Numbered from the stretch's first letter, positions 1-9,571 are shown. The stretch: 24,000 nucleotides of DNA from an uncultured Ferrovum sp. (GCA_903893215.1 CAITLJ010000035.1:46283-70282); one strand, 5' to 3'. Numbers and translations are program-made. The notes: generated by a model not told the origin, from the letters alone.

Positions 1-726
1 CACGGCGGAGACCAGCGAACAGAAATGCTCCAGGTCCAGGCTGGTCACCGGTCCGGCACGGCTGGCCAGCAGCAGTGCCGCACGCAGGCTGTCAAACCGC
101 TGCTCGCTGTCGGGCAGCACAGCGCACCAGTTGCCATCCGTCACGCGGCGGCCCAGCCAGCGTGTCCCGCGCCGCGGCGGCGAAGCCATCGCCAGATGAC
201 GCCACAATTCAACACCGGTGACCGGTGCGTTACAGGCCAGCGGCACAAGATATTCAATTTCCTCGTCGGGCGGTGCCAGCAGGTCTTCACGCGGCACGGC
301 CGCGGCGGCCGCTGCAGCCGCCGACGCGGCAGCGGCCACCGCACTGGCACTGGCTCCGGCGCCATCGGCAGCGTGACTGTCAGGGTAGGTCCCCGCCGCC
401 CGGTCCTGATCGTCGATCGCAAAGGCGTCCGTCTGCGCTGCGTCCGGCAGGTGCTCGTGCTCGTCGTGGCCGAGTACCGCCCCGGACCAACCCGCCCCCT
501 GGGCGGCGGACGGCGGTACCTCATCACCAGAACCAAACAGAGGCTCTTCGCGTCGCCCGGCCTGGGCTGCGGTGGGCGCTTCGCCCAGCAGCACGTCCGG
601 ACGCGACTGCCCGAGCGTGGAACGGGCCATGCGATGCCAGCGCCATTCCTGGATGCGGTTGAACAGCCAGACCGCCACGAGCAGGCCGGCGCCAATCGCG
701 ATCAGCGTCAATTGCAGTTGGTTCAT
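1..726 (-). CDS. zipA: Cell division protein ZipA, first 242 codons (C-terminal part lies beyond the left edge)
   Basis: Not in the ORF track because there is no stop in the window. My own translation starts at ATG 726-724, which overlaps the smc stop as ATGA. It reads [36 protein letters not shown] (N-terminal TM helix plus basic patch). A Pro/Ala/Asp-rich linker follows (..ASASAVAAAAASAAAAAAAAVP..). Then the start of a globular domain (EEIEYLVPLACNAPVTGVELW..RWLGRRVTDGNWCAV..LLLASRAGPVT) that resembles the ZipA FtsZ-binding domain. The frame is open to position 1. smc-zipA adjacency is common in Betaproteobacteria (from memory). Confidence 0.8.
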   Translation of the reverse strand, partial: MNQLQLTLIAIGAGLLVAVWLFNRIQEWRWHRMARSTLGQSRPDVLLGEAPTAAQAGRREEPLFGSGDEVPPSAAQGAGWSGAVLGHDEHEHLPDAAQTDAFAIDDQDRAAGTYPDSHAADGAGASASAVAAAASAAAAAAAAVPREDLLAPPDEEIEYLVPLACNAPVTGVELWRHLAMASPPRRGTRWLGRRVTDGNWCAVLPDSEQRFDSLRAALLLASRAGPVTSLDLEHFCSLVSAV

Positions 727-3700
727 GCGCTTTTACTCTCCTCACGGGCACCATCGCCCGTCATGCGCAGCGCTTCCTCGATGTCTACCGAGACCATGCG
801 CGATACGCCCGATTCGGCCATGGTAATGCCGATCAGCTGTTGTGCCATTTCCATGGCAATCCGGTTATGCGAGATGAACAGGAACTGGGTAGTGCCCGAC
901 ATGCGCTTGACCAGCCGGGCATAGCGCTCGGTATTGGCATCATCGAGCGGGGCGTCCACCTCGTCGAGCAGGCAGAACGGTGCCGGATTGAGCTGGAACA
1001 TGGCGAACACCAGCGCCAGCGCCGACAGCGCCTTTTCGCCACCGGACAGCAGATGGATTGAACTGGTCTTCTTGCCCGGCGGCTGCGCCACCACCAGCAC
1101 CCCGGCGTCGAGGATTTCCTCGCCGGTCAGTTCGATGCGCGCCTGGCCCCCGCCAAACAGGGTGGGAAACAGCTCGCTGAAACTGGCATTGACACGATCA
1201 AACGTGACGCGCAGCAATTCGCGGGTTTCACGATCGATCTTGCGCATGGCGCTCTCCAGTGTGCTGGCAGCCTCGGCCAGATCGGCCACCTGCGCATCCA
1301 GAAATCCCTTGCGCTCGCGGGCCTGCTCCAGTTCGGCCAACGCGGCCAGGTTGACCGCACCAAGGGCGTTGAGTGATTTCTCCACCTGCGTGATTTCTGC
1401 TGGCAGACCGGTGCTGCGGCCGCGCTCGGCCAGCACCAGCGCCAGTTGCGCCTGGTCGGCGTTGCGCTCCTGCAACCCCTCCTGCGCACGATCAAAATGA
1501 ATACGCGCTTCCTGTTCTTTCAGGCGCAACTCCTGCAGCCGTTCACGCAATGGCGTGAGCGCCTGCTCGGCGGTCAGCCGTGCACGGTCATGCTCGTGCA
1601 CCGCCGCTGCATGGGCATCCAGTTCGGCACGCGCGGCCAGCAGCGCGCCCTCGCGCTCAGCGCGCAGGGCCAGTTGTTGCTGCAAGGCCGCGTCCTGACC
1701 GGCCGGGTCGATGCCCGCCAGCTCCTGGTCCAGTGCAGCCAGCTGCGGCGCACGTACCTGCAAGCGCTCGGTGAGTTGCGCACGCGACTGGCTGAGCGTG
1801 CGCAGGCGCTCCTGCGCGGCACGCTCCAGATATACGGCTTCCTGTTCGGCTTTTTCGGCGGCCTGCACGCTGCTGCGCGCCTGGTCGAGCGCCTGGCTGG
1901 CCTCGCGCCACGCCGCGTCGCGCGCCTGCAGGCTGCGCTGCTCATCGCGGATCAGGCCTTCCAGCCGGGCCAGGGTGGCGCCATGCTCGGCAAACCGCTC
2001 CGTCTCGTTGTGCACGCCAAGGGCAATTTCCTCGCGGTCACGTTCCAGTTCGCGACTGCGCTGCTGGTGACGCTCGGCCAGCCCGGCCAGTCGGGTGCGC
2101 TCCACTTCCATGCGGTGCTGCTGCGCGCGTGCGTCGCGCGCCTGCTGGCGCGCCACTTCAAGCGCCTGGCGGGTTTGCCGGGTCCGGGTTTCGATTTCGG
2201 CTACCGTCGAACGTGCCTCCTGCAAGGTCTGCTCCAGTGGAGTGCGGCGGCCGGTCAACACCTCGATCTCGCGGGCACGCGCCAGCGCGCCATGCACCTC
2301 GGTGCGGGCCGAGAAAAAGCGCAGCAGGTGGGCGGTGAGCACATGGCCGGCCGGAGTCACCAGCGTCTGACCGGACTGCAGGCCGGGCAACCACCGCATG
2401 GCTGTCGCCAGGTCAGGCGCGCAGAACACCCCGCCAAGCCAGGTATCGACCACCGCCGCCAGCGGCGCGTCCAGCACGCGCACCTGCGCGCGCAAATGGC
2501 CGGCCTGTGCATCCGGCGGGATGGCCATGGCCGGCCCAGCCTGCGCGCCACCATTGGCTGCTGCAAAGAATGCCTGACCCGGTGCCGCCGCATCTGCTGA
2601 CCACGCGAGTGCGGGCGTCAGGTCGTCGATGCGCAAGGCATTCAGGCGACCACCCAGCACCGCCTCGACGGCATCCTCCCAGCCCGCCTCCACCGAAATG
2701 CCCTGCCAGAAGCGTGGCGCATCCTGCAGGCCACGCTTGTGCAGAAAAGCCTGCGCATCCCCGCGCTGGCTGGTACGCGCCTGCAATGCCTGCAAGGCCT
2801 CCAGTTCGGCCACGCAACGTCGCAGTGCGCCATCCGCTTCGGCCACCTGCTGCCGGGCGGCGGCCAGCGTGGTCTCGGCCTCGGCCAATTGCCGGGTCAG
2901 GCCAGTGACTTCGGTCTCGCGCTGGTTGGCCTCGCTGTCGTGCGACTGCGCACTCGCCGCCAATTGCTCCAGCGCTGCCAGATCGGGCGCCTGCAGCGCG
3001 CGCGCCTCCTGCTGGTTGCGGGCGCTGCGTTCCTGCCACTGCTGCAGTTGCCGCTCGCTGTTGCGGCGTTCGGTGCGCGCCACACCGACGGCCTGCTCGC
3101 TCTGCGTCAGCGCGGTGCGCAACGCGTTCAGCTCTGCCTGCACATCGCGCGCGCGGCGCTGGGCCGCCGGCAAGGCGTCGCGTGCCTCGGCGAGCCGCGT
3201 CCGCACGTCAGCAAGGCGCTGCGCGGCATCGGCCAGTGCCGTGCCCTGCCCCACCTCGTCACGCTGCGAACCTTCCAGCCGGTCGGTGTCCTGCTGCATT
3301 TCCTGCAGCAAGGCGCTGCGCTGGGCCTCCAGCCGGGTGCGGGTGGCACGCAGGTTATCGATCAACTGGCGCAAGCGACCCAGTTCGCTGTCCACCTCAA
3401 ACAGGCGCCCCTGCAGGTGCTGCAGACCATCGCTGGCATCGAGCTGCGCCTGACGCGCCTGCTCGGTCAGGCGTTCGGCCTCGCGCAAGCGGGCGGTTTC
3501 GGCTTCAATGGCGGTCTGGGTCTGTTCGAGTTCCTGCTGCGCCTTCAGACGCATCGCCTCGGCCTCGCGCTTGCGGGTGAGCAGCAGCAGGTCCTGCAGA
3601 GTGACCAGCCGATCGCGCAGCGCGGTATAACGCTCCGCCACCCCGGCCTGCGCCTGCAGGGTATCAATGCGCCCGGACAATTCGCGCTGCACGTCTTCCG

Positions 3701-4280
3701 TGCGCGTCAGGTTGTTGCGCGCGTCAGCCAGCCGTGATTCCGTCTCGCGGCGGCGCTCCCGGTATTTCGAGATGCCGGCGGCTTCCTCAAGGAATACCCG
3801 GATTTCCTCCGGGCGCGATTCGATGATGCGGGAGATCGTGCCCTGTTCCACGATAGCGTAGGCGCGCGGGCCAAGGCCGGTGCCAAGGAACACGTCCTGC
3901 ACATCGCGGCGGCGCACATGCAGGTTATTGAGAAAGTACTGGCTGTCGCCATCGCGGGTCAGCACGCGGCGCACCGACAGTTCGGCGTACTGGCTCCACT
4001 GCCCGGGCGCCCGGCCGTCCGTGTTGTCGAACAGCAGTTCCACGCTGGCGCGGCCTTGCGGCTTGCGCGTGGTGGTGCCACCAAAGATCACATCCTGCAT
4101 GGTTTCACCGCGCAGATGACGTGCAGACGATTCGCCAAGCACCCAGCGCACGGCGTCGATCACATTGGATTTGCCACAGCCATTCGGCCCTACCACACCG
4201 ACCAGACGGTTGCCCACCGGGATCACCGTGGGCTCGGCGAAGGACTTGAAGCCTGCGAGCTTGATGGACTTAAGGTGCAA
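723..4280 (-). CDS. smc: Chromosome segregation ATPase SMC (1185 aa)
   Basis: N-terminus [14 protein letters not shown] with Walker [10 protein letters not shown]. Very long Q/A/R/E/L-rich coiled-coil arms around a central hinge-like segment (..[20 protein letters not shown]..). C-terminal ABC signature [18 protein letters not shown] and Walker [15 protein letters not shown]. The only usable start is TTG 4280-4278, because an in-frame TAG sits at 4298-4296. Confidence 0.97.
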   Translation of the reverse strand: MHLKSIKLAGFKSFAEPTVIPVGNRLVGVVGPNGCGKSNVIDAVRWVLGESSARHLRGETMQDVIFGGTTTRKPQGRASVELLFDNTDGRAPGQWSQYAELSVRRVLTRDGDSQYFLNNLHVRRRDVQDVFLGTGLGPRAYAIVEQGTISRIIESRPEEIRVFLEEAAGISKYRERRRETESRLADARNNLTRTEDVQRELSGRIDTLQAQAGVAERYTALRDRLVTLQDLLLLTRKREAEAMRLKAQQELEQTQTAIEAETARLREAERLTEQARQAQLDASDGLQHLQGRLFEVDSELGRLRQLIDNLRATRTRLEAQRSALLQEMQQDTDRLEGSQRDEVGQGTALADAAQRLADVRTRLAEARDALPAAQRRARDVQAELNALRTALTQSEQAVGVARTERRNSERQLQQWQERSARNQQEARALQAPDLAALEQLAASAQSHDSEANQRETEVTGLTRQLAEAETTLAAARQQVAEADGALRRCVAELEALQALQARTSQRGDAQAFLHKRGLQDAPRFWQGISVEAGWEDAVEAVLGGRLNALRIDDLTPALAWSADAAAPGQAFFAAANGGAQAGPAMAIPPDAQAGHLRAQVRVLDAPLAAVVDTWLGGVFCAPDLATAMRWLPGLQSGQTLVTPAGHVLTAHLLRFFSARTEVHGALARAREIEVLTGRRTPLEQTLQEARSTVAEIETRTRQTRQALEVARQQARDARAQQHRMEVERTRLAGLAERHQQRSRELERDREEIALGVHNETERFAEHGATLARLEGLIRDEQRSLQARDAAWREASQALDQARSSVQAAEKAEQEAVYLERAAQERLRTLSQSRAQLTERLQVRAPQLAALDQELAGIDPAGQDAALQQQLALRAEREGALLAARAELDAHAAAVHEHDRARLTAEQALTPLRERLQELRLKEQEARIHFDRAQEGLQERNADQAQLALVLAERGRSTGLPAEITQVEKSLNALGAVNLAALAELEQARERKGFLDAQVADLAEAASTLESAMRKIDRETRELLRVTFDRVNASFSELFPTLFGGGQARIELTGEEILDAGVLVVAQPPGKKTSSIHLLSGGEKALSALALVFAMFQLNPAPFCLLDEVDAPLDDANTERYARLVKRMSGTTQFLFISHNRIAMEMAQQLIGITMAESGVSRMVSVDIEEALRMTGDGAREESKSA

Positions 4281-4354
4281 TTTGGCCGGGGACGTCTAAA
4301 ATGTCGCAAGTTTACCCGATTCCACACCGCATCGAAGCTGAAGGATCCCAACGC

Positions 4355-4774
4355 ATGAGCACCCGTCCGAGCAAGACCCTGGAGACCTTCCCCAACCCCA
4401 ATCCGCAGCGTGACTATGTGATTCACATGCAGATCCCCGAATTCACCTGCATGTGCCCGCTCACCGGCCAGCCGGACTTCGCGCACTTCACCCTGGACTA
4501 CATTCCGGAAGAGCGATGCGTGGAGTTGAAGAGCCTGAAAATGTACATGTGGGCCTACCGTGACGAAGGCGCGTTTCACGAAGCCGTGACCAACCAGATC
4601 TTTGACGACCTGGTGGGAGCCACTGCACCGCGTTACCTGCGTCTGACCGCACGCTGGTACGTGCGGGGCGGTATTTTCACCAACGTCACCGTCGAGCATC
4701 GCGCTGCTGGCTGGACACCGCCAGTACCCGTGTCACTGCCGGAGTTTGCCCAAGAATCCGCGCTGCGCGGCTGA
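4355..4774 (+). CDS. queF: NADPH-dependent 7-cyano-7-deazaguanine (preQ0) reductase, unimodular type (139 aa)
   Basis: [10 protein letters not shown], catalytic-Cys motif CPLTGQPDF and QueF motif [11 protein letters not shown]. The size fits unimodular QueF. I chose ATG 4355 (GAAGGA 8 nt upstream) over the track's ATG 4301, which adds 18 unconserved-looking residues. Confidence 0.88.
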   Translation: MSTRPSKTLETFPNPNPQRDYVIHMQIPEFTCMCPLTGQPDFAHFTLDYIPEERCVELKSLKMYMWAYRDEGAFHEAVTNQIFDDLVGATAPRYLRLTARWYVRGGIFTNVTVEHRAAGWTPPVPVSLPEFAQESALRG

Positions 4775-4786
4775 GGACGGCACGTC

Positions 4787-6019
4787 ATGAACCCCAGACT
4801 GGACCAGCTGCGGCCCTATCCCTTTGAACGTCTGCGTGCGCTGCTGGCCGGCATCACGCCACCTGCGGATCGGACGCCGATCCAGTTGTCGATCGGCGAA
4901 CCGCGCCATCCCTCCCCCCCGTTTGTGCGGCAGGCATTGGCCGACAGCCTCGGCAGCGGCCTGTCGAGCTACCCGGCCACGCTCGGCCGGGAAGACCTGC
5001 GCACCACGCTGGCTGCCTGGCTGAGCTCGCGCTTCCGCCTGTCCTCGCTCGACCCGGCCAGCCAGGTGATTCCGACCCTGGGCAGCCGCGAGGCACTGTT
5101 TGCCCTGGCGCAATGCGTGCTCAACCCGCTGGAAAGCGACGCCCTGGTGATCTGCCCCAACCCGTTCTACCAGATCTATGAAGGCGCGGCCCTGCTCGGG
5201 GGCGCACAACCGTGGTTCCTCAATGTGCATCCTGAACGCGGCTACCAGCTGGACTGGAACGACGTTTCAGCCGACCTGTGGCCGAGAGTGCGCATGGTGT
5301 TCACCTGTTCGCCCGGCAACCCCACTGGCGTGGTGATGAACCTTGAGGAATGGGCCACACTGTTCGACCTGTCGGACCGTCACGGCTTCGTGATTGCAGC
5401 TGACGAGTGCTACTCGGAAATCTATTTCGACCAGACCCAGCCGCCGCTCGGCGCGCTCGAAGCCGCACAGCGGCTTGGCCGGTTTGATTACCGCAACCTG
5501 GTGGTACTGGGCAGCCTGTCCAAGCGCTCCAATGTGCCGGGCCTGCGCTCCGGTTATGCCGCCGGCGATGCCGCCCTGATCAAGCGATTCGTGCTTTATC
5601 GCACCTACCATGGCAGCGCAATGAGCCCGTCGGTGCAGATGGCCAGCCAGGCGGCCTGGGAAGACGAGGCGCACGTGGTGGAAAACCGGCGCCTGTACCG
5701 GGAAAAATTCCTCCTGTTCCGCGAGACACTGGCCGACGTGCTGCCGCTGTCGCTGCCCGCCGCCGGTTTCTATTACTGGGTACGCACGCCGATCGACGAC
5801 CAGGAATTCGCGCGCCGGCTGTATGCCGAAGAAAACATCACCGTGTTGCCCGGCACCTATCTGGCACGCGATGCCCACGACTTCAATCCGGGGGTCAACC
5901 ACGTCCGGATCGCGCTGGTCAGCTCGCTCAGTGAATGCCGCGAGGCTGCAGCGCGCCTGCGCAATTTCCTGCTGCGCCTGCAAAAGGAAACCGCCGGCAC
6001 TGCCGTCAGCGCAGCCTGA
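4787..6019 (+). CDS. dapC: Succinyldiaminopimelate transaminase (class I aminotransferase, 410 aa)
   Basis: N-terminus MNPRLDQLRPYPFERLRAL and PLP-lysine region SLSKRSNVPGLRSGY. It sits directly upstream of dapD, as in the betaproteobacterial dapC-dapD arrangement. GAGGA lies 9 nt upstream of the ATG. Substrate assignment rests on context plus remembered similarity, not on a search. Confidence 0.82.
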   Translation: MNPRLDQLRPYPFERLRALLAGITPPADRTPIQLSIGEPRHPSPPFVRQALADSLGSGLSSYPATLGREDLRTTLAAWLSSRFRLSSLDPASQVIPTLGSREALFALAQCVLNPLESDALVICPNPFYQIYEGAALLGGAQPWFLNVHPERGYQLDWNDVSADLWPRVRMVFTCSPGNPTGVVMNLEEWATLFDLSDRHGFVIAADECYSEIYFDQTQPPLGALEAAQRLGRFDYRNLVVLGSLSKRSNVPGLRSGYAAGDAALIKRFVLYRTYHGSAMSPSVQMASQAAWEDEAHVVENRRLYREKFLLFRETLADVLPLSLPAAGFYYWVRTPIDDQEFARRLYAEENITVLPGTYLARDAHDFNPGVNHVRIALVSSLSECREAAARLRNFLLRLQKETAGTAVSAA

Positions 6020-6115
6020 CCTGCCCCGGTCACACTGGACTGCGCCGCAGTGCCGCGTGCCAGTGGCGCGCAGCCCTGCTAACCTTCGCCCCACCAAGAA
6101 CACGAGACCCTACCG

Positions 6116-6940
6116 ATGACTGCAGCCCTGCAAGCCCTGATTGAACAGGCGTTCGAACAGCGCGCCGACTTTTCCCCGAGCAACGCCCCGTCCGACCTTC
6201 GAACCGCCATCGACACCGCGCTGGCCGGCCTCGATGCCGGCACACTGCGTGTCGCCGAAAAGATCGACGGCACCTGGCACACCCACCAGTGGCTGAAAAA
6301 AGCCGTTCTGCTGTCGTTCCGCCTGCGCGACAACGCGCTGATCGATGGCGGTGACACGCGTTACTGGGACAAGGTGGATAGCAAGTTCGCCGCCTACACC
6401 GAAGCCGATTTCCGTGCAGGCGGATTCCGCGTGGTGCCGCCGGCTGCAGCACGCCGCGGCGCCTTTGTCGCCCGCAACGTGGTGCTGATGCCCTCCTACG
6501 TCAACATCGGCGCCTATGTGGACGAGGGCGCCATGGTGGACACCTGGGCCACCGTCGGCTCATGCGCACAGATCGGCAAGAACGTGCACCTGTCCGGCGG
6601 CGTGGGGATTGGCGGCGTGCTCGAACCGGTGCAGGCCAACCCGACCATCATCGAGGACAACTGCTTTATTGGTGCACGGTCGGAAGTGGTGGAAGGTGTG
6701 ATCGTAGGCGAGGGCTCGGTGATCTCGATGGGCGTCTACATCGGCCAGAGCACCAAGATTTATGACCGCGAAACCGGTACCGTGACCTATGGCCATGTGC
6801 CGGCCGGGTCGGTGGTGGTGTCGGGCAACCTGCCCTCCGCCGACGGCACGTACAGCCTGTACTGCGCGGTGATCGTCAAGAAGGTGGATGCCAGGACGCG
6901 CGCCAAGACCAGCATCAACGAGCTGCTGCGCGGCGACTGA
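6116..6940 (+). CDS. dapD: 2,3,4,5-tetrahydropyridine-2,6-dicarboxylate N-succinyltransferase (274 aa)
   Basis: Left-handed beta-helix hexapeptide repeats (..[76 protein letters not shown]..). The DapD-like N-terminal helical domain and overall length also match. Confidence 0.95.
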   Translation: MTAALQALIEQAFEQRADFSPSNAPSDLRTAIDTALAGLDAGTLRVAEKIDGTWHTHQWLKKAVLLSFRLRDNALIDGGDTRYWDKVDSKFAAYTEADFRAGGFRVVPPAAARRGAFVARNVVLMPSYVNIGAYVDEGAMVDTWATVGSCAQIGKNVHLSGGVGIGGVLEPVQANPTIIEDNCFIGARSEVVEGVIVGEGSVISMGVYIGQSTKIYDRETGTVTYGHVPAGSVVVSGNLPSADGTYSLYCAVIVKKVDARTRAKTSINELLRGD

Positions 6941-6956
6941 TCTGGCGCTGTTTGCC

Positions 6957-7727
6957 ATGTGCCTGATCCTGCTCGCGTGGCAGGCACATCCGGTCTACCG
7001 GTTGGTGCTGGCAGCCAATCGTGATGAGCGCCATGCGCGTCCAAGCCTGCCTGCCGACTGGTGGCCGCAGGCGCCGGATGTCGGTGGCGGGCGCGACCTG
7101 GCGGGCGGGGGAACCTGGCTCGGCATCACCCGACAAGGCCGCTTCGCCGCACTCACCAACCATCGCAACCTGCGTCTGGACGCGCCGTCCGGTGAAAGCC
7201 GCGGCGGACTGGTGGCTGACTTCCTGACCAGCCAGCAGGCGGCCCTTCCCTACGTGCAGCAGGTGAGCGCCCAACGCACGCGCTGGGCGCCCTTCAACCT
7301 GCTGGCGAGCAGCGGTGACCAGCTGATCGCCTATGGCTCGGCTGGCACTGCGCCACCGCAAGTGCTGCGTGACGGCGTGCACGGCCTCTCCAACCACCTG
7401 CCGGACACGCCATGGCCAAAGGTGGTACGTGGCAGCGCGGCGCTGCACCGGGCGCTTGACCAGGCCACCACCGAGGACGCGCTGTGCACCGGACTGTTCG
7501 CGCTGCTGGATGACCGCCAGGTGGCCGCCGACGCAGACCTGCCCGATACCGGCCTGCCGCTGCCACGTGAGCGCGCACTGTCGGCGGCAATGATCGTGGA
7601 CCCGGACTACGGCACGCGCTGCGCGACGGTGCTGCTCTGGCGGCATGACGGCACCTGGATGCTGCAGGAACGCAGCTTTGACTGCGCTGGCACGCCGACC
7701 ATCATGCGCACGCTGCGCCACCCCTGA
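6957..7727 (+). CDS. NRDE-family protein (TANGO2 / DUF833 homolog, 256 aa)
   Basis: Starts MCLILLAW (Met-Cys N-terminus typical of the family) and carries the eponymous motif LVLAANRDERHARP, followed by GGTWLGITRQGRFAALTNHRN. Start set at ATG 6957. The track's start at 6888 would overlap the dapD 3' end. Confidence 0.85.
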   Translation: MCLILLAWQAHPVYRLVLAANRDERHARPSLPADWWPQAPDVGGGRDLAGGGTWLGITRQGRFAALTNHRNLRLDAPSGESRGGLVADFLTSQQAALPYVQQVSAQRTRWAPFNLLASSGDQLIAYGSAGTAPPQVLRDGVHGLSNHLPDTPWPKVVRGSAALHRALDQATTEDALCTGLFALLDDRQVAADADLPDTGLPLPRERALSAAMIVDPDYGTRCATVLLWRHDGTWMLQERSFDCAGTPTIMRTLRHP

Positions 7728-7733
7728 TCAGGG
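7722..7733. repeat. 12-bp perfect palindrome CCCTGATCAGGG spanning both convergent stop codons
   Basis: The NRDE gene ends CCC TGA at 7722-7727. The PQQ-like gene ends CCC TGA on the other strand at 7733-7728. There is zero intergenic distance. Confidence 0.95.
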
Positions 7734-9485
7734 CAACCGGAATACGCGCAGGCTGGCCTTCGGGGTATGCGTCTGCGCAAAACGGCCACCGAAGACACGC
7801 GCAAATGCCGGATGCTGCTGGCCATCCCAGCCGGTCACCACGGCCAGATACTGGTGGCCACCCGCCTCGTAGCTGATCAGGCCGCCAGCATGACCTTCAT
7901 CATCCTGATGCCGCCACAAGGTGCGCCCAGTGCCGGCATCGAGCGCATGCAGGGTGCCACGGGCGTCGGCCACCCAGAGCAGGCGCCCGGCCGTGCTGAG
8001 CAGACTGGCCAGGGGTGGCTCGGGAAATTCCACCGTCCACATCTTGGCACCGGTGAGCGGATCGCGGGCATCAAGGTGCGCGCGTGCGCGCTCGTCCTGC
8101 GGTGCCGTTGCCGTGGCGATGCCACCGAGCAGTTCACGCAGGTCGGCACCGGAACCCGGCGCGGCAGGGGCAGGGGCAGCAGAACGGTCCACCTGCACAT
8201 CCATGCACCATTCGGCCACCACCTTGTACCAGAGCCCGGTCTGCGGACTGTAGCTGCCACTCAGCCCCGGAAAAGCCCCCTCGAGGGCAGGACACAAATT
8301 GGTCTGCTGCCCGGCATTGAAATCGCGGCGCGCACCCAGCACACCGGTGGCAGTATCCACCGAGCCCGCCAGATTGAAGTTGCGGGCTGCCTGCCACACC
8401 CGCACCAGCCTGAGCGCGGCGGTATACACGAACACCAGTCCACTGCGATTGGGATGCACCACATAGTTTTGGCCGCCACGCGAGAGCAGCAGCACTTCGC
8501 TGGCTGCACTGTCGCGCACCCAGACCTCATGGGCAATTTCCTGGTGCCATGCCAGCAGCCGTCCGTTCGACGGGTCGAGTGCCAGCAGGCTGCCGGTGTA
8601 AGCGTTGTCGCCCGGGTGCGAGCCATGGGTTTTGTAATCGGCGCCGGCCCAGTCGAACAGCGGCAGCGGGCTGCCGGTGCCCCAATACAGCATCTGTTGT
8701 GCTGCATCCCAGCTGCCAGGCACACCGGCACTTCCACCAAAGGCGCGCTCACCTGCGCGTTCGCCGCTGACACCCCAGTGATTGGCGGCACCAGCGACCA
8801 CTTCATCGCGCCACAACTCGCGTCCGGTGCGCATATCCAGACCCAGCAACAGGCCACGCTGCCGCGCCCGGACCACGCTGGAACCCACCACGACCGTGCC
8901 GCCGGCAAGCACTGGTGGCCCTTGCAGCACGCCGCTGCTGCCATCCCTTGGTACAGCGCGCATCTGCCACCGCAGCATTCCGGTCAGGGCGTTCCAGGCC
9001 AGTACCCGGCCGTCGGCTGCAGCCAGGTAAAGGCTGCCGTCATGTAGCGCCACGCCGTGGCAGTCATCGCCACCGGCCGCGGTGGCGGGCAATAGCGACA
9101 GCGTATTGGCGGTCGCGCCAGCCTCGGCAGCCGGGTCGGGGATCTCGGCGGTCCGCGCATGCCAGCGCAACCGACCGGTTGCACCGTCGAGCACCCAAAC
9201 CCGCCCGCCCGCAGAGCAGTAAGCGAGCAGACCGCCATCGGCAACCGGAAGCGCGTGCAGTTCCTCCGACGGCAGGTCGGGCACGTGGATCCAGGCCTGA
9301 ATCAGGCGTGAAACGTTGCGTGCATTGATCTCCTTCAGCGGACTGTATTGACTGCCGCCAACCGTGACCTCGCTCTCCGCCCGCGCAGGGCGCAACGACA
9401 GCGCAAGAAACACCGCAAGCAGCCATGCAACAGCGCATGGCCAAGGTGTCGCCGGGCAAAAAGGGGAATCGGGGCGAAGTGGCAT
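7728..9485 (-). CDS. Secreted PQQ-dependent-dehydrogenase-like 8-bladed beta-propeller protein (585 aa), active site apparently divergent
   Basis: Signal peptide MPLRPDSPFCPATPWPCAVAWLLAVFLALSLRPARA|ESEV. Contains GGSQYSPLKEINARNVSRLIQAW (compare the ..RYSPLKQIN..N...L..AW opening of quinoprotein dehydrogenases). Repeated propeller motifs: LDGATGRLRW, WNALTGMLRW, LDMRTGRELW, LDPSNGRLLAW, RDPLTGAKMW, LDAGTGRTLW. The C-terminus ..GGHQYLAVVTGW..SLRVFRLP parallels the quinoprotein ethanol dehydrogenase C-terminus. Start ATG 9485 with AAGG upstream. Confidence 0.8.
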   Translation of the reverse strand: MPLRPDSPFCPATPWPCAVAWLLAVFLALSLRPARAESEVTVGGSQYSPLKEINARNVSRLIQAWIHVPDLPSEELHALPVADGGLLAYCSAGGRVWVLDGATGRLRWHARTAEIPDPAAEAGATANTLSLLPATAAGGDDCHGVALHDGSLYLAAADGRVLAWNALTGMLRWQMRAVPRDGSSGVLQGPPVLAGGTVVVGSSVVRARQRGLLLGLDMRTGRELWRDEVVAGAANHWGVSGERAGERAFGGSAGVPGSWDAAQQMLYWGTGSPLPLFDWAGADYKTHGSHPGDNAYTGSLLALDPSNGRLLAWHQEIAHEVWVRDSAASEVLLLSRGGQNYVVHPNRSGLVFVYTAALRLVRVWQAARNFNLAGSVDTATGVLGARRDFNAGQQTNLCPALEGAFPGLSGSYSPQTGLWYKVVAEWCMDVQVDRSAAPAPAAPGSGADLRELLGGIATATAPQDERARAHLDARDPLTGAKMWTVEFPEPPLASLLSTAGRLLWVADARGTLHALDAGTGRTLWRHQDDEGHAGGLISYEAGGHQYLAVVTGWDGQQHPAFARVFGGRFAQTHTPKASLRVFRLP

Positions 9486-9571
9486 GATGTGCCTTAAGCT
9501 AGCAGACGGCGGCGACCGACAGCAAGGCGGCAACCCACCGAAACAGGCGGAATCCTCTACAATCCGGGTCC

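Noticed and set aside
3844-3859. parS-like half site TGTTCCACG inside smc (TGTTCCACGATAGCGT).
   Set aside because: Only the left half matches the TGTTNCACGTGAAACA palindrome and the right half is unrelated. It is most likely a chance match within coding sequence.
4301-4354. N-terminal extensions implied by the track's first start codons: queF 4301, NRDE 6888, PQQ-like 9533, rluB 12956, scpA 14411, trpS 15616, bolA-family 18218.
   Set aside because: Each extension overlaps the neighbouring gene or promoter region and adds residues with no family resemblance. In each case an internal start gives the canonical N-terminus, usually with an SD or a stop/start overlap.
4303-4354. Possible preQ1 riboswitch in the queF leader.
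   Set aside because: The leader of roughly 50 nt (..GCAAGTTTACCCGATTCCACACCGCATCGAAGCTGAAGGATCCCAACGC-ATG) shows no preQ1-type hairpin or A-rich tail pseudoknot pattern that I can recognise.
6020-6115. Imperfect inverted repeats (CACTGG..CCAGTG, CTGCGC..GCGCAG) in the dapC-dapD gap as a terminator or attenuator.
   Set aside because: The stems are short, compete with one another and have no U-tract, and dapD follows on the same strand. This is not enough to call a regulatory element.
6957-9485. Whether the NRDE gene plus the PQQ-like gene form a horizontally acquired islet inserted into a dapD-dapE cluster.
   Set aside because: There is no visible shift in base composition or codon style. 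There are no flanking direct repeats, tRNA, integrase or transposase remnants. Gene order alone cannot establish insertion.
9558-9563. TACAAT 8 nt upstream of the dapE ATG as a leaderless-mRNA promoter.
   Set aside because: No acceptable -35 element at 16-19 nt spacing (CCACCG, CCCACC or CACCGA). It is kept only as a side note to the yciB finding.
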